Below, one piece after another: positions 37,190 through 47,848 of a stretch of 64,000 nt of DNA. The stretch lies in contig OZ244732.1 of assembly GCA_965219345.1 (NCBI GenBank), forward strand, positions 128,001 through 192,000, in the 5' to 3' direction. This DNA is from Nitrosopumilus sp. GTDB taxonomy: Archaea > Thermoproteota > Nitrososphaeria > Nitrososphaerales > Nitrosopumilaceae. Both the position numbers and the translations under genes were made by a program. The notes beneath the pieces were generated by a model that saw only the letters and a list, made by a program, of their open reading frames with translations, was not told where the DNA came from and ran no database searches. The number at the start of each line of letters is the position of its first letter. Position 1 is the stretch's first letter.

Positions 37190-37966
37190 ATGGAGTTGCT
37201 AGTTGCGTATCGAGATGACCCTGCAGGTCATAATATGGCAAAATTTCTTTCTAATGAAATGACACAAGAAGGCGATATTTTCCGTGGAAAGTATTATGAC
37301 TTGATAATAATTTCTACTCCTGCCATTTCGGCTGATTGGTTAGAAGAAAAATATGATTATGATGGATTTGTATTTCTCTCAAAACATGCTGCTGAATCAG
37401 GAGTATTGGCTCTGACTTGTCATTGTACTGGTAATTTTTCTGAAGCAAAATTTGGCGGAAATGACAGACAAATTGCAGTTCCTCACCCAGATCTTCAAAA
37501 AGCATATCTTCAAATTTTGAAGAAAAATCAGTCTCAATTTTCAGAATTCCAAATCACTATTGAAGCAACACATCATGGACCTACTTCACTAACTAAACCA
37601 TCTATATTCATAGAAATAGGCACATCTGAAAAACAGTGGAATGATGTATCTCTGTGTAATTCAGTAGCAACCTTAGTTCATCAAGTAATTTCACAACCAA
37701 TTAAAGAAAATCCTATTGCAATTTGTTTTGGAGGGACTCACTATCCTTCAAAATTTACTAATGAACTACTTGTAGGAAAACATGCACTTGGAACTGTAAT
37801 TCCAAAACATGCCTTAGATAATCTTGATGAAAAATTATTCGCTCACATTCTTTCACAAAATAGTATGGCAAAGACTGCTCTTCTGGATTGGGGTGGATTG
37901 GGTTCGAATAAACAAAAAGTACTTGATTTTATTGAATCAACAGAACTCGAGGTTATCAAACTTTGA
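37190..37966 (+). CDS. dtdA: D-aminoacyl-tRNA deacylase (archaeal DTD2/GEK1 type)
   Basis: FLSKH, EATHHGPT, FIEIG, FGGTHY. Confidence 0.9.
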   Translation: MELLVAYRDDPAGHNMAKFLSNEMTQEGDIFRGKYYDLIIISTPAISADWLEEKYDYDGFVFLSKHAAESGVLALTCHCTGNFSEAKFGGNDRQIAVPHPDLQKAYLQILKKNQSQFSEFQITIEATHHGPTSLTKPSIFIEIGTSEKQWNDVSLCNSVATLVHQVISQPIKENPIAICFGGTHYPSKFTNELLVGKHALGTVIPKHALDNLDEKLFAHILSQNSMAKTALLDWGGLGSNKQKVLDFIESTELEVIKL

Positions 37967-38262
37967 ATCTTGAACAAAAGATTTACAAAAAATTACTAGA
38001 GGTTCCAAAAGGCCAAATCACAACTTACGGTGAATTAGCGAAAGCTGTTGGATTGAAAAATGGACAGAGAACTGTAGGAAAAATAATGAACAAGAACCCC
38101 TATCCTGTGATTGTTCCCTGTCATAGAGTTGTAATGTCTACTGGAAAAGTCGGCGGTTACGCATATGGAGAAAATATCAAAACAAAATTACTAAATGATG
38201 AAGGTATTCAAATTAAAAATGGTAAAATTATAGATTTGAAAAATAAGGTCTATCGATTCTAG
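37963..38262 (+). CDS. MGMT family O6-alkylguanine alkyltransferase
   Basis: TTYGELA, VPCHRV. Confidence 0.92.
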   Translation: MNLEQKIYKKLLEVPKGQITTYGELAKAVGLKNGQRTVGKIMNKNPYPVIVPCHRVVMSTGKVGGYAYGENIKTKLLNDEGIQIKNGKIIDLKNKVYRF

Positions 38263-38714
38263 TTCTTTCTGTCTGCTTTGATTTCTTCCATCAAAGTTCT
38301 AAGATGTGCTTTATTTCTAACCGTATTTCCACCAACTTTTTTGTAGAGTATCCAAAATTCTGGGTTTGTCAAATCTTCTCTGTCTTTTGCAATCTTCAAC
38401 AGCCGTCTCAATGAACGAACTTTAGCAACGTATACCTCTTTTTTACCTACTCGTGCTCCTTTCCTACCTTGTTTTGAACCTTGAGTTGTACCTCTTTTGT
38501 TTTTCTGGGCTTTCTTTACCTGTGCCCTGCCTCTAGATGTACCTGTAAATGATTTGATTCTGATTGTATTTGCTGTGATAAGACTTCGAATATTTTCTCT
38601 TGTAATTGCATCTGCAACATCATCTAGATGATCATTGTCCAATCTAATTCTATTAACTCCAACGCCCGTAACTCTGGCTGCCAGTCTTTTCTTAGCTTTA
38701 AGATTTACTACCAA
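38259..38714 (-). CDS. rpl19e: 50S ribosomal protein L19e
   Basis: KKRLAA...ITRENIR...GRKGAR. Confidence 0.96.
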   Translation of the reverse strand: MVVNLKAKKRLAARVTGVGVNRIRLDNDHLDDVADAITRENIRSLITANTIRIKSFTGTSRGRAQVKKAQKNKRGTTQGSKQGRKGARVGKKEVYVAKVRSLRRLLKIAKDREDLTNPEFWILYKKVGGNTVRNKAHLRTLMEEIKADRKN

Positions 38715-39102
38715 TTACACTCACTCTTGCATTAAAAATTTTAAATTTATTTTCAATTGCTTTTGCAACAATTTCTTTTCTCTTCTTAGTACCAACACTA
38801 TGTCCAAATCTAACGCCGTCTTTTTTTGGGTCTAATTTTTCCAAATCATTCAAGTTGTAAACTAAATTATCTGTAAATCCTGAAGGATGTAATCCCCTTG
38901 CATCTTTGGGTCCCCTATATCCAACTTTAACAAGACCCGGACGACCTCTACTCTTTTGTTTTCTTTGATGATTATCAATTCCTTTTGGTTTTCTCCAGTT
39001 AGTTTGAAGTCTAACATAACGCCAGCTTTCCGGTCTAACAAAATCAGGATTATGTTCTTTAATTTCCTGTCTCTTTGCAAGTTTTTCTTTATTGATCGGC
39101 AT
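38698..39102 (-). CDS. rpl32e: 50S ribosomal protein L32e
   Basis: WRKPKGIDN, GLHPSG. Confidence 0.96.
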   Translation of the reverse strand: MPINKEKLAKRQEIKEHNPDFVRPESWRYVRLQTNWRKPKGIDNHQRKQKSRGRPGLVKVGYRGPKDARGLHPSGFTDNLVYNLNDLEKLDPKKDGVRFGHSVGTKKRKEIVAKAIENKFKIFNARVSVIGSKS

Positions 39103-39250
39103 TAGAGTGACTCTTGAATTTTGAAATAAATACGTTCCTAGGAAAGAAAAATTTCAGATAACAAAGAGATAATAAGGAAATTCGAGGCGAATCGAAATAT
39201 CTCATGAACAAACCTGAGATTGATGAAATTATTTTTGGGGGTGTAATCCT

Positions 39251-40855
39251 CTGACCCAAGTCGTAGGTACTGCTGTAACTGACAAATTCTCATCACAATT
39301 AACAGAATTTGGAATCAATCCTTCCAAAGTTCACAGAAATCTAAACGCAGATGAAATGACACGCCTCGCAGTAGAAAGAAATGAAGGCATCATAAATTCG
39401 ACAGGTTCTCTTTCTGTTAATACTGGTAAATATACTGGCAGATCACCTGATGACCGCTTTATTGTAAATGATGACAAAACTCATGATACAGTTGATTGGG
39501 GAAAGATCAATCATCAATTTCCAAGTGATAAATTTGAAAAACTTCTTGAAAAAATGAAAAGCTTTGTTGAAAATAAGGAACTTTTTGTTTTCGATGGTTT
39601 TGCAGGTTCTGACCCAAAAAATCGCTTACCAATTAGAGTGATTAATGACCATGTTTGGCAAAATCTGTTTGGGAAAAACTTGTTTATTGGACCCACAAAT
39701 GAAGAGTTAGAGAATCATGAACCAGAGTTTACTATATTATGTATTAATGACTTTGAAGCAGTTCCAAAAATCGATGGAACCAGAACTGATGTCTTCATCC
39801 TAGTTGATTTAACAAGAAAAATTGTTTTGATTGGAGGTACACAATATGCAGGAGAAATGAAAAAATCAATGTTTAGTGTAATGAACTTCCTTTTGCCAGA
39901 ACGTGGTGTTTTTCCAATGCATTGCTCTGCAAATATTGGAAAAAAAGGAGACACAGCATTATTCTTTGGATTGTCCGGTACTGGTAAAACTACACTTTCT
40001 GCGGATCCTAACAGAAAGCTAATTGGTGATGATGAGCATGGATGGTCTGATGATGGTACATTCAACTTTGAAGGTGGATGCTATGCAAAATGTATCAATC
40101 TTAGCCAAGAAGCAGAACCTGAAATCTGGAATGCTATCAAACCAGGTTCAGTTTTAGAAAATGTGGTTCTTAAAGATAATGTACCAAATTATGACGACAG
40201 TAGTTTAACAGAAAATACTCGTGTAGCCTATCCTCTAGACTACATTCCAGGCGCAGTATTTCCCAGTATTGGCGGACATCCTAAAGTGATTGTATTTTTG
40301 ACTGCTGATGCATTAGGAGTTTTGCCTCCCGTTTCTAAACTAACAAAAGAAGGAGCTATGTATCACTTCATGTCAGGTTACACCAGCAAATTGGCAGGAA
40401 CTGAAAGAGGAATCAAAGAACCAAAATCTGTATTTTCTGAGTGCTTTGGGGCTCCATTTATGCCTAGACCTGCATCAGTTTATGCAAAATTACTTGGAGA
40501 AAAAATCAATCAACACAATACTCTAGTTTATCTCATAAACACCGGTTGGTCCGGCGGTCCGTATGGGGTTGGCAAAAGAATTAAGATCAAATATAGCCGC
40601 GCTATGATTACTGCAGCTCTTTCAGGTGCACTTGATTCTGTAAAATATGACCATGATGATTTGTTCAATCTAGATGTTCCAACTGAAGTGGATGGTGTTC
40701 CTTCTGAAATTTTAGATCCAAAAAATACTTGGGATAACAAAGACTCGTATGATCTTTCCGCAAAAAAATTAGCTCAGATGTTTGTTGAAAACTTTGAGAA
40801 ATTTGAAAATGTTTCATCCGAGATAACTGATGCAGGCCCTAAATCTACTGCATAG
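39251..40855 (+). CDS. pckA: Phosphoenolpyruvate carboxykinase (ATP)
   Basis: TGRSP, YAGEMKK, GLSGTGKTT, IGDDEHGW; likely CTG start at 39251 (track start 39356). Confidence 0.95.
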   Translation: MTQVVGTAVTDKFSSQLTEFGINPSKVHRNLNADEMTRLAVERNEGIINSTGSLSVNTGKYTGRSPDDRFIVNDDKTHDTVDWGKINHQFPSDKFEKLLEKMKSFVENKELFVFDGFAGSDPKNRLPIRVINDHVWQNLFGKNLFIGPTNEELENHEPEFTILCINDFEAVPKIDGTRTDVFILVDLTRKIVLIGGTQYAGEMKKSMFSVMNFLLPERGVFPMHCSANIGKKGDTALFFGLSGTGKTTLSADPNRKLIGDDEHGWSDDGTFNFEGGCYAKCINLSQEAEPEIWNAIKPGSVLENVVLKDNVPNYDDSSLTENTRVAYPLDYIPGAVFPSIGGHPKVIVFLTADALGVLPPVSKLTKEGAMYHFMSGYTSKLAGTERGIKEPKSVFSECFGAPFMPRPASVYAKLLGEKINQHNTLVYLINTGWSGGPYGVGKRIKIKYSRAMITAALSGALDSVKYDHDDLFNLDVPTEVDGVPSEILDPKNTWDNKDSYDLSAKKLAQMFVENFEKFENVSSEITDAGPKSTA

Positions 40856-42881
40856 ATTGCTTTCTTTTAACTAGTCCAATAGTGCCTATTATCATTACCA
40901 TTCCTGCAATTATCCCAATCTGTTTTTCTGGAATGTCAATTATTTCTAATCTTTGGGAATTTTCTGGAAGTGAACTAGTTACAATTGTGCTAAATGCATT
41001 TGATGTGTTTCCGTCAACTCTGATTTTAGCATCAATCCAATATTCTGCATTTTCATAGATTTCTATTGATGCCATTTTGTTTGGCGAAGCAGTTGCAACG
41101 TCTGTTTTTCCGTCTTTACTGTTCGTAACTGAAATTTTTGTAAAACTCCATTCTTCTGGATGATAAATTTCAAAGAAAAGTTTTTGATTTTGTTGATTTA
41201 CGGAAATTGAGCCCAGTGTATAATGTAATAGAAACGGAATTACATATCGAGTATCATCATGATTGATGATTATTTTTCCTTCATGATCTCCAAAATTTTC
41301 TTCAGTCATATTCATTTTAATTTGCAAAGCATTACCTTCAAGAAAATGTTCAAATTTTATGAATTCTGGTCCTTCAAATCTAACATCAAAATTATTCAAT
41401 GTACCATCAATCAATTTTAATTGAAACTGTTTTTCAGCGATTAGATCATCTGATGATACATTAACTACAAAACTTGGTGGTGTGATGATTAATTTTGCAC
41501 CATAAGCATTTCCTATGTCTAATCTTCCAGCACCTGCTGCATGTACCGGAAATTCTTGTTCATAGGCGTCTGAAACAGGCTCAACCGTAGTTAGTAATAG
41601 AGACTTTATCTCATGATGGTGAAGTTCTGGGCTTTTTTGAAGTAATAACGCTGCTGCCCCAGAAACATGTGGTGCAGCATAACTTGTTCCACTGGTAAAA
41701 TTGTATCCTCCATTGTTCTGTGTGGAATTGATGTATGCACCAGGAGCTACGATATCTGGTTTCAAGTAAAATGGCGATACTGGTCCTCTGGAACTAAAAT
41801 GTACTACAAAATCTGGATTGTAGAATAAATGAACGGTTGCCTCATTACCATTTTTTATTGATTCTATGATTTCAAGTCCTTCTTTTCTATCGATGGATAC
41901 AACTGGAATTTGTGGTTTGTAATTTGGCTCTATAAATTCATGAACTAATTCACCCAAAAAAATTCCAGGTTTATTATTGTAAACAATCATAACTTTTGCT
42001 CCAGCATTAGCAGCATTGTTTTCCTTAATAGAAAAATACAATAGTTCTCCTTCAATATCACTTCCTCTTTCAACAATTAATATTGCATCTCTGACATCAA
42101 TTTCTTTCAAGTCCTCAATTTTTCCAAAACCCCCAAAAATTATTTTTCCTGTAATTGGTTCTTCTAGTTTTGTAGAGCCTACCATTGGAATTACAGTATA
42201 TGGCTTTTCATCTACTTCTAATGTTGCAACTAAGCTTGAAGTAAGATTATTGTATGTTGCACCTACAGTAACAGAACCAAAATTCCTGCCCGGACTGCCA
42301 ATAGTTTCGAATCCTGGACCATCATTTCCGGCAGCAGTTACTACAAAAATTTCTTTTTCTAATGCGTCATTTACTGCACGTTCAATCTTTGCATTTGTTT
42401 TGTTTACTCCTAAACTAATATTGATAATATCTGCCCCATCTTCAATTGCTTTTTCAATGGCTCTAACGATTAATTCTGATGATACGCCTTCCCCATCTTC
42501 TGATACTTTGTAAGCAAGAATTTTTGCCTTCGGTGCTATTCCAATTGCTTGACCATCGGCTGCAATAACTCCAGCAACCTGAGTACCATGACCATTTGTA
42601 TCCAGAGGTGATTTATCTTCTTGAATGAAATTGTATCCTCCAATTACTTTTCCTTCAGGACCCCATCCAAAAAGATCCGGATGATTAAAGTCAACTCCAG
42701 TATCAATGACTGCTACTTTGATTCCGGTTCCATCAATTCCATCAATTCTTAGAATTTCTGTTCCAACAAATGGTACACTTCTCTCCAAATATGTCTGGAT
42801 CTCATTTTCAGATTGCAGGGATTGAAACAAAACAAAACCCATCAAAAATACTATCATTAAAGAAAAAACTAAGAATTTCAC
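40845..42881 (-). CDS. Secreted S8 subtilisin-like peptidase with PA domain and C-terminal anchor
   Basis: Catalytic triad DTG, HGT, GTS. Confidence 0.92.
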   Translation of the reverse strand: MKFLVFSLMIVFLMGFVLFQSLQSENEIQTYLERSVPFVGTEILRIDGIDGTGIKVAVIDTGVDFNHPDLFGWGPEGKVIGGYNFIQEDKSPLDTNGHGTQVAGVIAADGQAIGIAPKAKILAYKVSEDGEGVSSELIVRAIEKAIEDGADIINISLGVNKTNAKIERAVNDALEKEIFVVTAAGNDGPGFETIGSPGRNFGSVTVGATYNNLTSSLVATLEVDEKPYTVIPMVGSTKLEEPITGKIIFGGFGKIEDLKEIDVRDAILIVERGSDIEGELLYFSIKENNAANAGAKVMIVYNNKPGIFLGELVHEFIEPNYKPQIPVVSIDRKEGLEIIESIKNGNEATVHLFYNPDFVVHFSSRGPVSPFYLKPDIVAPGAYINSTQNNGGYNFTSGTSYAAPHVSGAAALLLQKSPELHHHEIKSLLLTTVEPVSDAYEQEFPVHAAGAGRLDIGNAYGAKLIITPPSFVVNVSSDDLIAEKQFQLKLIDGTLNNFDVRFEGPEFIKFEHFLEGNALQIKMNMTEENFGDHEGKIIINHDDTRYVIPFLLHYTLGSISVNQQNQKLFFEIYHPEEWSFTKISVTNSKDGKTDVATASPNKMASIEIYENAEYWIDAKIRVDGNTSNAFSTIVTSSLPENSQRLEIIDIPEKQIGIIAGMVMIIGTIGLVKRKQSMQ

Positions 42882-42959
42882 AAATTTTCTAACTATTTTT
42901 ACAAGTAAAAATGAATTGCTTTCTAAACCAATAAATTGAATAAACTTTCAAAAGAACTA

Positions 42960-43580
42960 ATGGGAAAATATACACTTCCTGAAATGCCATATGCATATGA
43001 TGCATTAGAACCTCACATTGACGCAAGAACAATGGAGATTCATCATACAAAACATCATCAAGCATACACTGACAAACTAAATGCAGCTCTTGAAGGATGT
43101 CCAGCTGAAATTCAAGAAAAAGATATTCTTGACATCTTATCTGATATTAACTCAGTACCAGAGGACAAAAGAGGTGCAATTAATTTCAACGGTGGTGGTT
43201 ATGATAACCATAGGTTATTTTGGAACAATATGAAAGCAAATGGAGGTGGAGAACCTGGAGGATCAATTGCTGATGCAATTAAGGATTCTTTCGGAAGCTT
43301 CTCTGACTTCAAAGAGAAATTTTCATCCACAACAGCAGTAATTCAAGGTAGTGGCTGGGGATGGTTAGTATACAATCCTTCTTCAGGAAAGGTTGAGTAC
43401 AAATCAATGCCAAACCAAACTAGTCCAAGAACTGAAGGATTAGTACCATTGTTAGGCTGTGATGTTTGGGAACATGCATACTATCTCAACTATCAAAACA
43501 AAAGACCAGTCTATATCGAAGCATGGTGGAATGTAGTTAACTGGGATGAAGTAGAAGATAGATTCTCAAAAGCAAAATAA
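42960..43580 (+). CDS. sod: Fe/Mn superoxide dismutase
   Basis: HHTKHH, NHRLFW, DVWEHAYY. Confidence 0.96.
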   Translation: MGKYTLPEMPYAYDALEPHIDARTMEIHHTKHHQAYTDKLNAALEGCPAEIQEKDILDILSDINSVPEDKRGAINFNGGGYDNHRLFWNNMKANGGGEPGGSIADAIKDSFGSFSDFKEKFSSTTAVIQGSGWGWLVYNPSSGKVEYKSMPNQTSPRTEGLVPLLGCDVWEHAYYLNYQNKRPVYIEAWWNVVNWDEVEDRFSKAK

Positions 43581-43660
43581 AGTTCTTATCTTTATTTTTT
43601 TTATCGTCCTAGTTCTACCTGTGAATGAATTTATAACCATCCGAGAAAGGTTTGTTGTAA

Positions 43661-44086
43661 ATGAGTGAAGAACAGGCACAGCAGTTAATGCAGCAAATGC
43701 AAATGCTTGAAACATATTTTTCTGATTTATCTCAAAGAGAAGCAACCTTTGTAGGTGTTTTAAGAGAGGCAACTGCTGCAATTGAATCTATGAAATCTCT
43801 TAGCCAAAAACCTGAATCAGAAACTCTTGTTCCTATAGGGATTGGAACATATGTTCCTACAAAAATTTCATCCAATAGCAAGATTGTTTTGAGTATTGGC
43901 GCTGGAGTTGCAGTGGAAAAAGATTTTCCTTCAGCCATAAACTACCTTGAGGCACACATTAAAGAAATTGAGGTTGCTTTACAAGATAACGCTGCAAAAA
44001 AACAAGATGCAGCAGCGCGATTAGAGCAAGGAAGAGAACAAATCAATCAATTAACGCAAGCTGTGTCAAAACCGAATTCGGGATAA
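43661..44086 (+). CDS. pfdA: Prefoldin alpha subunit
   Basis: LVPIG...IGAGVAVEK beta-hairpins between coiled coils. Confidence 0.92.
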   Translation: MSEEQAQQLMQQMQMLETYFSDLSQREATFVGVLREATAAIESMKSLSQKPESETLVPIGIGTYVPTKISSNSKIVLSIGAGVAVEKDFPSAINYLEAHIKEIEVALQDNAAKKQDAAARLEQGREQINQLTQAVSKPNSG

Positions 44087-44090
44087 AAAC

Positions 44091-45269
44091 ATGTTTGATA
44101 AACTTCATGATGCATTTTCTAATGCAGCAAAAAGTCTAGGCGAGAAGGAACTCAAAGAAAAAGATATTGAGGATATTCTTTTTGAATTAGAAGTTTCTCT
44201 TTTAGAATCTGATGTAGCTAGTGAAGTAATTGATGAAATCAAATCTAATCTAAAAGAAAAACTAATTGGCTCAAAAATTGACAAGCATCAAATTGAAAAA
44301 TTTGTTAAAGATAGTTTGATTTCAAACATCTCTGCATTATTTGATTCTGCAGGGGAAATTGATTTATTTGAAAAAATTAATGAAAAAAAGAATCAAGGAC
44401 AATCTTTTTTGATTTTATTTGTTGGAATTAATGGAACTGGGAAAACTACTTCTTTAGCTAAAGTTGCATATATGTTGCAACAAGCAAAATATTCTGTTGT
44501 TGTTGCGGCAGCAGATACCTTTAGAGCTGGCGCAATTGAGCAATTACGAGAACATACTAATCGTCTTAATCTAAAACTTGTTGCACAGAATTATAACTCA
44601 GATCCTGCTGCAGTTGCTCGAGATGCCGTATTGTATGCCAGATCTCACAAAACAGATTGTGTGTTAATTGATACTGCAGGAAGGATGCAAACAAGCAAAA
44701 ACCTGATGGAACAAATTGAAAAAATCAACAAAGTTGTAAACCCTGATATGACAATTTTCGTAGGTGATTCATTAGCTGGAAATGATACTGTTAACCAAGC
44801 ACGTGAATTCTTTGAACGTGTAAAATTCAATGCTTCTATTTTGACAAAAAGTGACGCAGATGCAAAAGGTGGTGCAGCGCTATCAATTGTGAAAGTCACT
44901 TCTACACCAGTTCTTTATGTTGGAACTGGGCAAGAATATTCTGATCTAAAACCATTTGATAAGGAAACTTTTCTAGAAACTGTCTTTGGTTCATTAGATG
45001 ATATTGATGTGAAGCAAACGGATGAACCAGAACCAACACCGGAACCGGAACTAGAACTAGAACTAGAACCGGAACTAGAACCAGCACCGGAACCAGCACC
45101 AGCACCGGAATCTTCTGATGATCCGTTTGAAGGAATTAGTGATGAAGACATTACAACTTATTCAGAAATATTTCAAGTTCCTCCACCTGAAAGTGACGAC
45201 GAAGCTTTCAAACTAGGAAAAAAGATTCGTGAATGGATAAAACGTGGCCGACCTGAATCTGATCAATAA
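44091..45269 (+). CDS. ftsY: SRP receptor FtsY
   Basis: GINGTGKTT, DTFRAGA, DTAGR, TKSD; Pro/Glu-rich C-terminal tail. Confidence 0.96.
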   Translation: MFDKLHDAFSNAAKSLGEKELKEKDIEDILFELEVSLLESDVASEVIDEIKSNLKEKLIGSKIDKHQIEKFVKDSLISNISALFDSAGEIDLFEKINEKKNQGQSFLILFVGINGTGKTTSLAKVAYMLQQAKYSVVVAAADTFRAGAIEQLREHTNRLNLKLVAQNYNSDPAAVARDAVLYARSHKTDCVLIDTAGRMQTSKNLMEQIEKINKVVNPDMTIFVGDSLAGNDTVNQAREFFERVKFNASILTKSDADAKGGAALSIVKVTSTPVLYVGTGQEYSDLKPFDKETFLETVFGSLDDIDVKQTDEPEPTPEPELELELEPELEPAPEPAPAPESSDDPFEGISDEDITTYSEIFQVPPPESDDEAFKLGKKIREWIKRGRPESDQ

Positions 45270-45323
45270 AGTGTCAAAGAATTCAAAAACAAGATAAAGA
45301 GGCATGTTTACACATTAAAGGAA

Positions 45324-46238
45324 ATGAAACTCAAAACAAAAGATTTACTCACTTTAGCGGAATTAACCCCAAAGGAATTTGTAGAATTAATCAATCAATC
45401 AATCAAACTAAAAAAAGAACTCAAAAAAGGTGGAAACAAACCTATTTTGAAAAATAAAACATTGACAATGATTTTTCAAAAACCATCCACCAGAACACGT
45501 GTAAGTTTTGAGATTGGAATGTATCAGTTGGGCGGATATGCAGTTAATTTATCATCAAATGACATGCAATTGTCACGAGGTGAATCTATCGAGGATACAG
45601 CAAAAACCCTATCCCGATACACTAATTGTATAATGGCACGTGTTTACGAACATAAATTACTAGAAAAACTATCTAAACATGCAAGCGTACCTGTCATAAA
45701 TGGATTATCTGATTCTTTTCATCCTTGTCAAACTTTGGCAGACTTTATGACAATTAAAGAGAAGAAAGGAAAACTCAAAGGACTAAAGATTGCTTGGATA
45801 GGAGATGGAAATAACGTATGTAATTCTATGATTTATGGTGCTGCATTGTCTGGAGTTGACATGTCGATTGCAACTCCCAAAGGATTTGAACCAGACAAAA
45901 CTGTTGTTAAAGAATCAAGGAAATCAACTAACATTGAATTGACTACAGATCCATTCATTGCAACTAAAAATGCGGATGTTGTTGTAACTGATACTCACTC
46001 TTCTATTCATAATAATGATCCAAAAAGAACCAAGAAATTCTTTCCAAAGTATCAAGTTAATTCCAAGTTGGTGAATACTGCAAAGAAAAATGCGATCTTT
46101 ATGCATTGTCTTCCTGCTAAGCGAGAACAAGAAGTAACGTCATCAGTAATTGATGGTTCAAAGTCAGTTGTTTGGGATGAGGCAGAAAATCGTCTTCATA
46201 CTCAAAAGGCATTACTTGTTGCTCTTATTCGCGCTTAA
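45324..46238 (+). CDS. argF: Ornithine carbamoyltransferase
   Basis: STRTR, HPCQ, HCLP. Confidence 0.95.
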   Translation: MKLKTKDLLTLAELTPKEFVELINQSIKLKKELKKGGNKPILKNKTLTMIFQKPSTRTRVSFEIGMYQLGGYAVNLSSNDMQLSRGESIEDTAKTLSRYTNCIMARVYEHKLLEKLSKHASVPVINGLSDSFHPCQTLADFMTIKEKKGKLKGLKIAWIGDGNNVCNSMIYGAALSGVDMSIATPKGFEPDKTVVKESRKSTNIELTTDPFIATKNADVVVTDTHSSIHNNDPKRTKKFFPKYQVNSKLVNTAKKNAIFMHCLPAKREQEVTSSVIDGSKSVVWDEAENRLHTQKALLVALIRA

Positions 46239-46301
46239 CGTATATAATAACCATAATTTTCTGGTATTATTTTTTATGATTATTTCATTTTAATCTAAAG
46301 C

Positions 46302-46556
46302 CTAATCATATTTATTCCAAATTCTTATTGCCACATAAACAGATATTCCACCGAATATTACAAATAATATCATATCCAGGATTGTGATTAATAATCCAAT
46401 TTCAAAAGTTGGAGATATAGTAGTAGAATTTGCCAAATTTGCTATCGGTCTATCTAAAAAATAAAACAAAAGCAATGGTATTACTAGTGCAATAATTTTA
46501 AATGATCTAACCAAAATAAAAAAAGAGGATATTAAGGAACCCATATGAAATCCCAA
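46302..46556 (-). CDS. Small membrane protein
   Basis: Two hydrophobic helices. Confidence 0.45.
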   Translation of the reverse strand: MGFHMGSLISSFFILVRSFKIIALVIPLLLFYFLDRPIANLANSTTISPTFEIGLLITILDMILFVIFGGISVYVAIRIWNKYD

Positions 46557-47299
46557 CCTTCAGTGATATTAAATGGATTGTATCCATCATACCATGCAAA
46601 GGACGTAATCAATACAGGATTACCTGAACCAAACTTGGCACAATAACCTTGATCTGTAGAACTAGCATCGTTAAATGTACTAGTACACATACCACCAGTA
46701 AACACGTTTCTATATTTTACGTATCCATTATCAAAGTCCTTTTCAAAACAATATCCATTTACCAGTATTGCAATAGAACCAGGATAGCCTTGAACTCCTA
46801 CAACATATGATTCAATAAAATCCAAACCTGTTACAGTCCCCCAATTATAGCCTGTTTGGGTAGATGCTGTATAGCAGTTGAATTTTGTCTGAGTTGATGT
46901 TTGGAAATGTGCGGTTCCAGTTCTTGGTGCTATTCTATCAGAATCGCCTGATTCTAGAGATTGGGAATCCGAATCATCAAATGTGGCATCTAATTTTACT
47001 AACAGATTTTTGGTAGAGGTATTGGCAGATTCTTGTCCGATTGTATAGGATCTAAGATCATCTGTGACTTGTAACAAATCAAGTATTATATTAACACGTT
47101 GTAAGACTAATTTAATCTCATTCTTTTTAGATTCATCCTTTGTTTGTGTTAGTTGAGTTTTTAGCTCTTCTTTGTATTGTACTAGTTTTGTTATTTTGTC
47201 ACTTGTTTGTACTTTTGCTTCTGCATAATCCATCATACTAAATGGTAGAATCATTGCAGCAATCAAAGATGCAAACAGAATTGTCTTTGTATTTTTCAT
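46532..47299 (-). CDS. Secreted protein with KTILFASLIAAMILPFS signal peptide
   Basis: Signal peptide followed by polar, Cys-containing body. Confidence 0.7.
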   Translation of the reverse strand: MKNTKTILFASLIAAMILPFSMMDYAEAKVQTSDKITKLVQYKEELKTQLTQTKDESKKNEIKLVLQRVNIILDLLQVTDDLRSYTIGQESANTSTKNLLVKLDATFDDSDSQSLESGDSDRIAPRTGTAHFQTSTQTKFNCYTASTQTGYNWGTVTGLDFIESYVVGVQGYPGSIAILVNGYCFEKDFDNGYVKYRNVFTGGMCTSTFNDASSTDQGYCAKFGSGNPVLITSFAWYDGYNPFNITEGWDFIWVP

Positions 47300-47478
47300 A
47301 ATCATTGCCATATTTAGAAATATCATAGATAAAACTGTGGCAATTAAACTGCGATGAAAAATAGATCGCAATTTGATCGTTAGATTTTTATTCTAAATTA
47401 TTGATTGAAAAATAATCACATGAAAAACAAAACAAAAACAATCTTGTTTGCATCTTTGATTGCTGCAATGATTCTACC
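47244..47478. repeat. Perfect 34-bp inverted repeat (47244-47277 / 47445-47478) in the signal-peptide coding regions of two divergent genes
   Basis: tgtttgcatctttgattgctgcaatgattctacc and its reverse complement. Confidence 0.9.
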
Positions 47479-47848
47479 GTTTTCTGCAATGAGTTTTGCT
47501 CAAACAGATACATCAGTAGATAATGAAACAAAAAACTATGTAAATAACAAGATCAACGAATTAAGTACAAAAAAGAATCAAAACACAACAAGTAGTTACG
47601 AATTAGAAAAACTCAAACTTGTAAAACAATGGATTAATGCAAAGGAGAATGGTAATGATACAAGAATGCATGAACTTATGGAACAAATCACTCTAGATTT
47701 CCTACCTGATGATGAATATACAGAAAGTGTAAAATCATTTGATGTAGGCAATCAACTTAAAGATCATCCATTCATACGATACACTGGTTCGACTGAAAAA
47801 AAATGGGACTGTCGTGATGACTCTGATCTATTAGGATTCTCAAAATGA
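47420..47848 (+). CDS. Secreted protein with the same signal peptide, probably 3'-truncated
   Basis: Runs into the truncated end of the integrase remnant. Confidence 0.55.
   Translation: MKNKTKTILFASLIAAMILPFSAMSFAQTDTSVDNETKNYVNNKINELSTKKNQNTTSSYELEKLKLVKQWINAKENGNDTRMHELMEQITLDFLPDDEYTESVKSFDVGNQLKDHPFIRYTGSTEKKWDCRDDSDLLGFSK

Noticed and set aside
46224-46256. Resemblance of the argF end to a dif/Xer site (GCGCTTAA-CGTATA-TAA)
   Set aside because: Only the left half resembles bacterial dif and the arms are not clearly palindromic; could be chance in AT-rich DNA.
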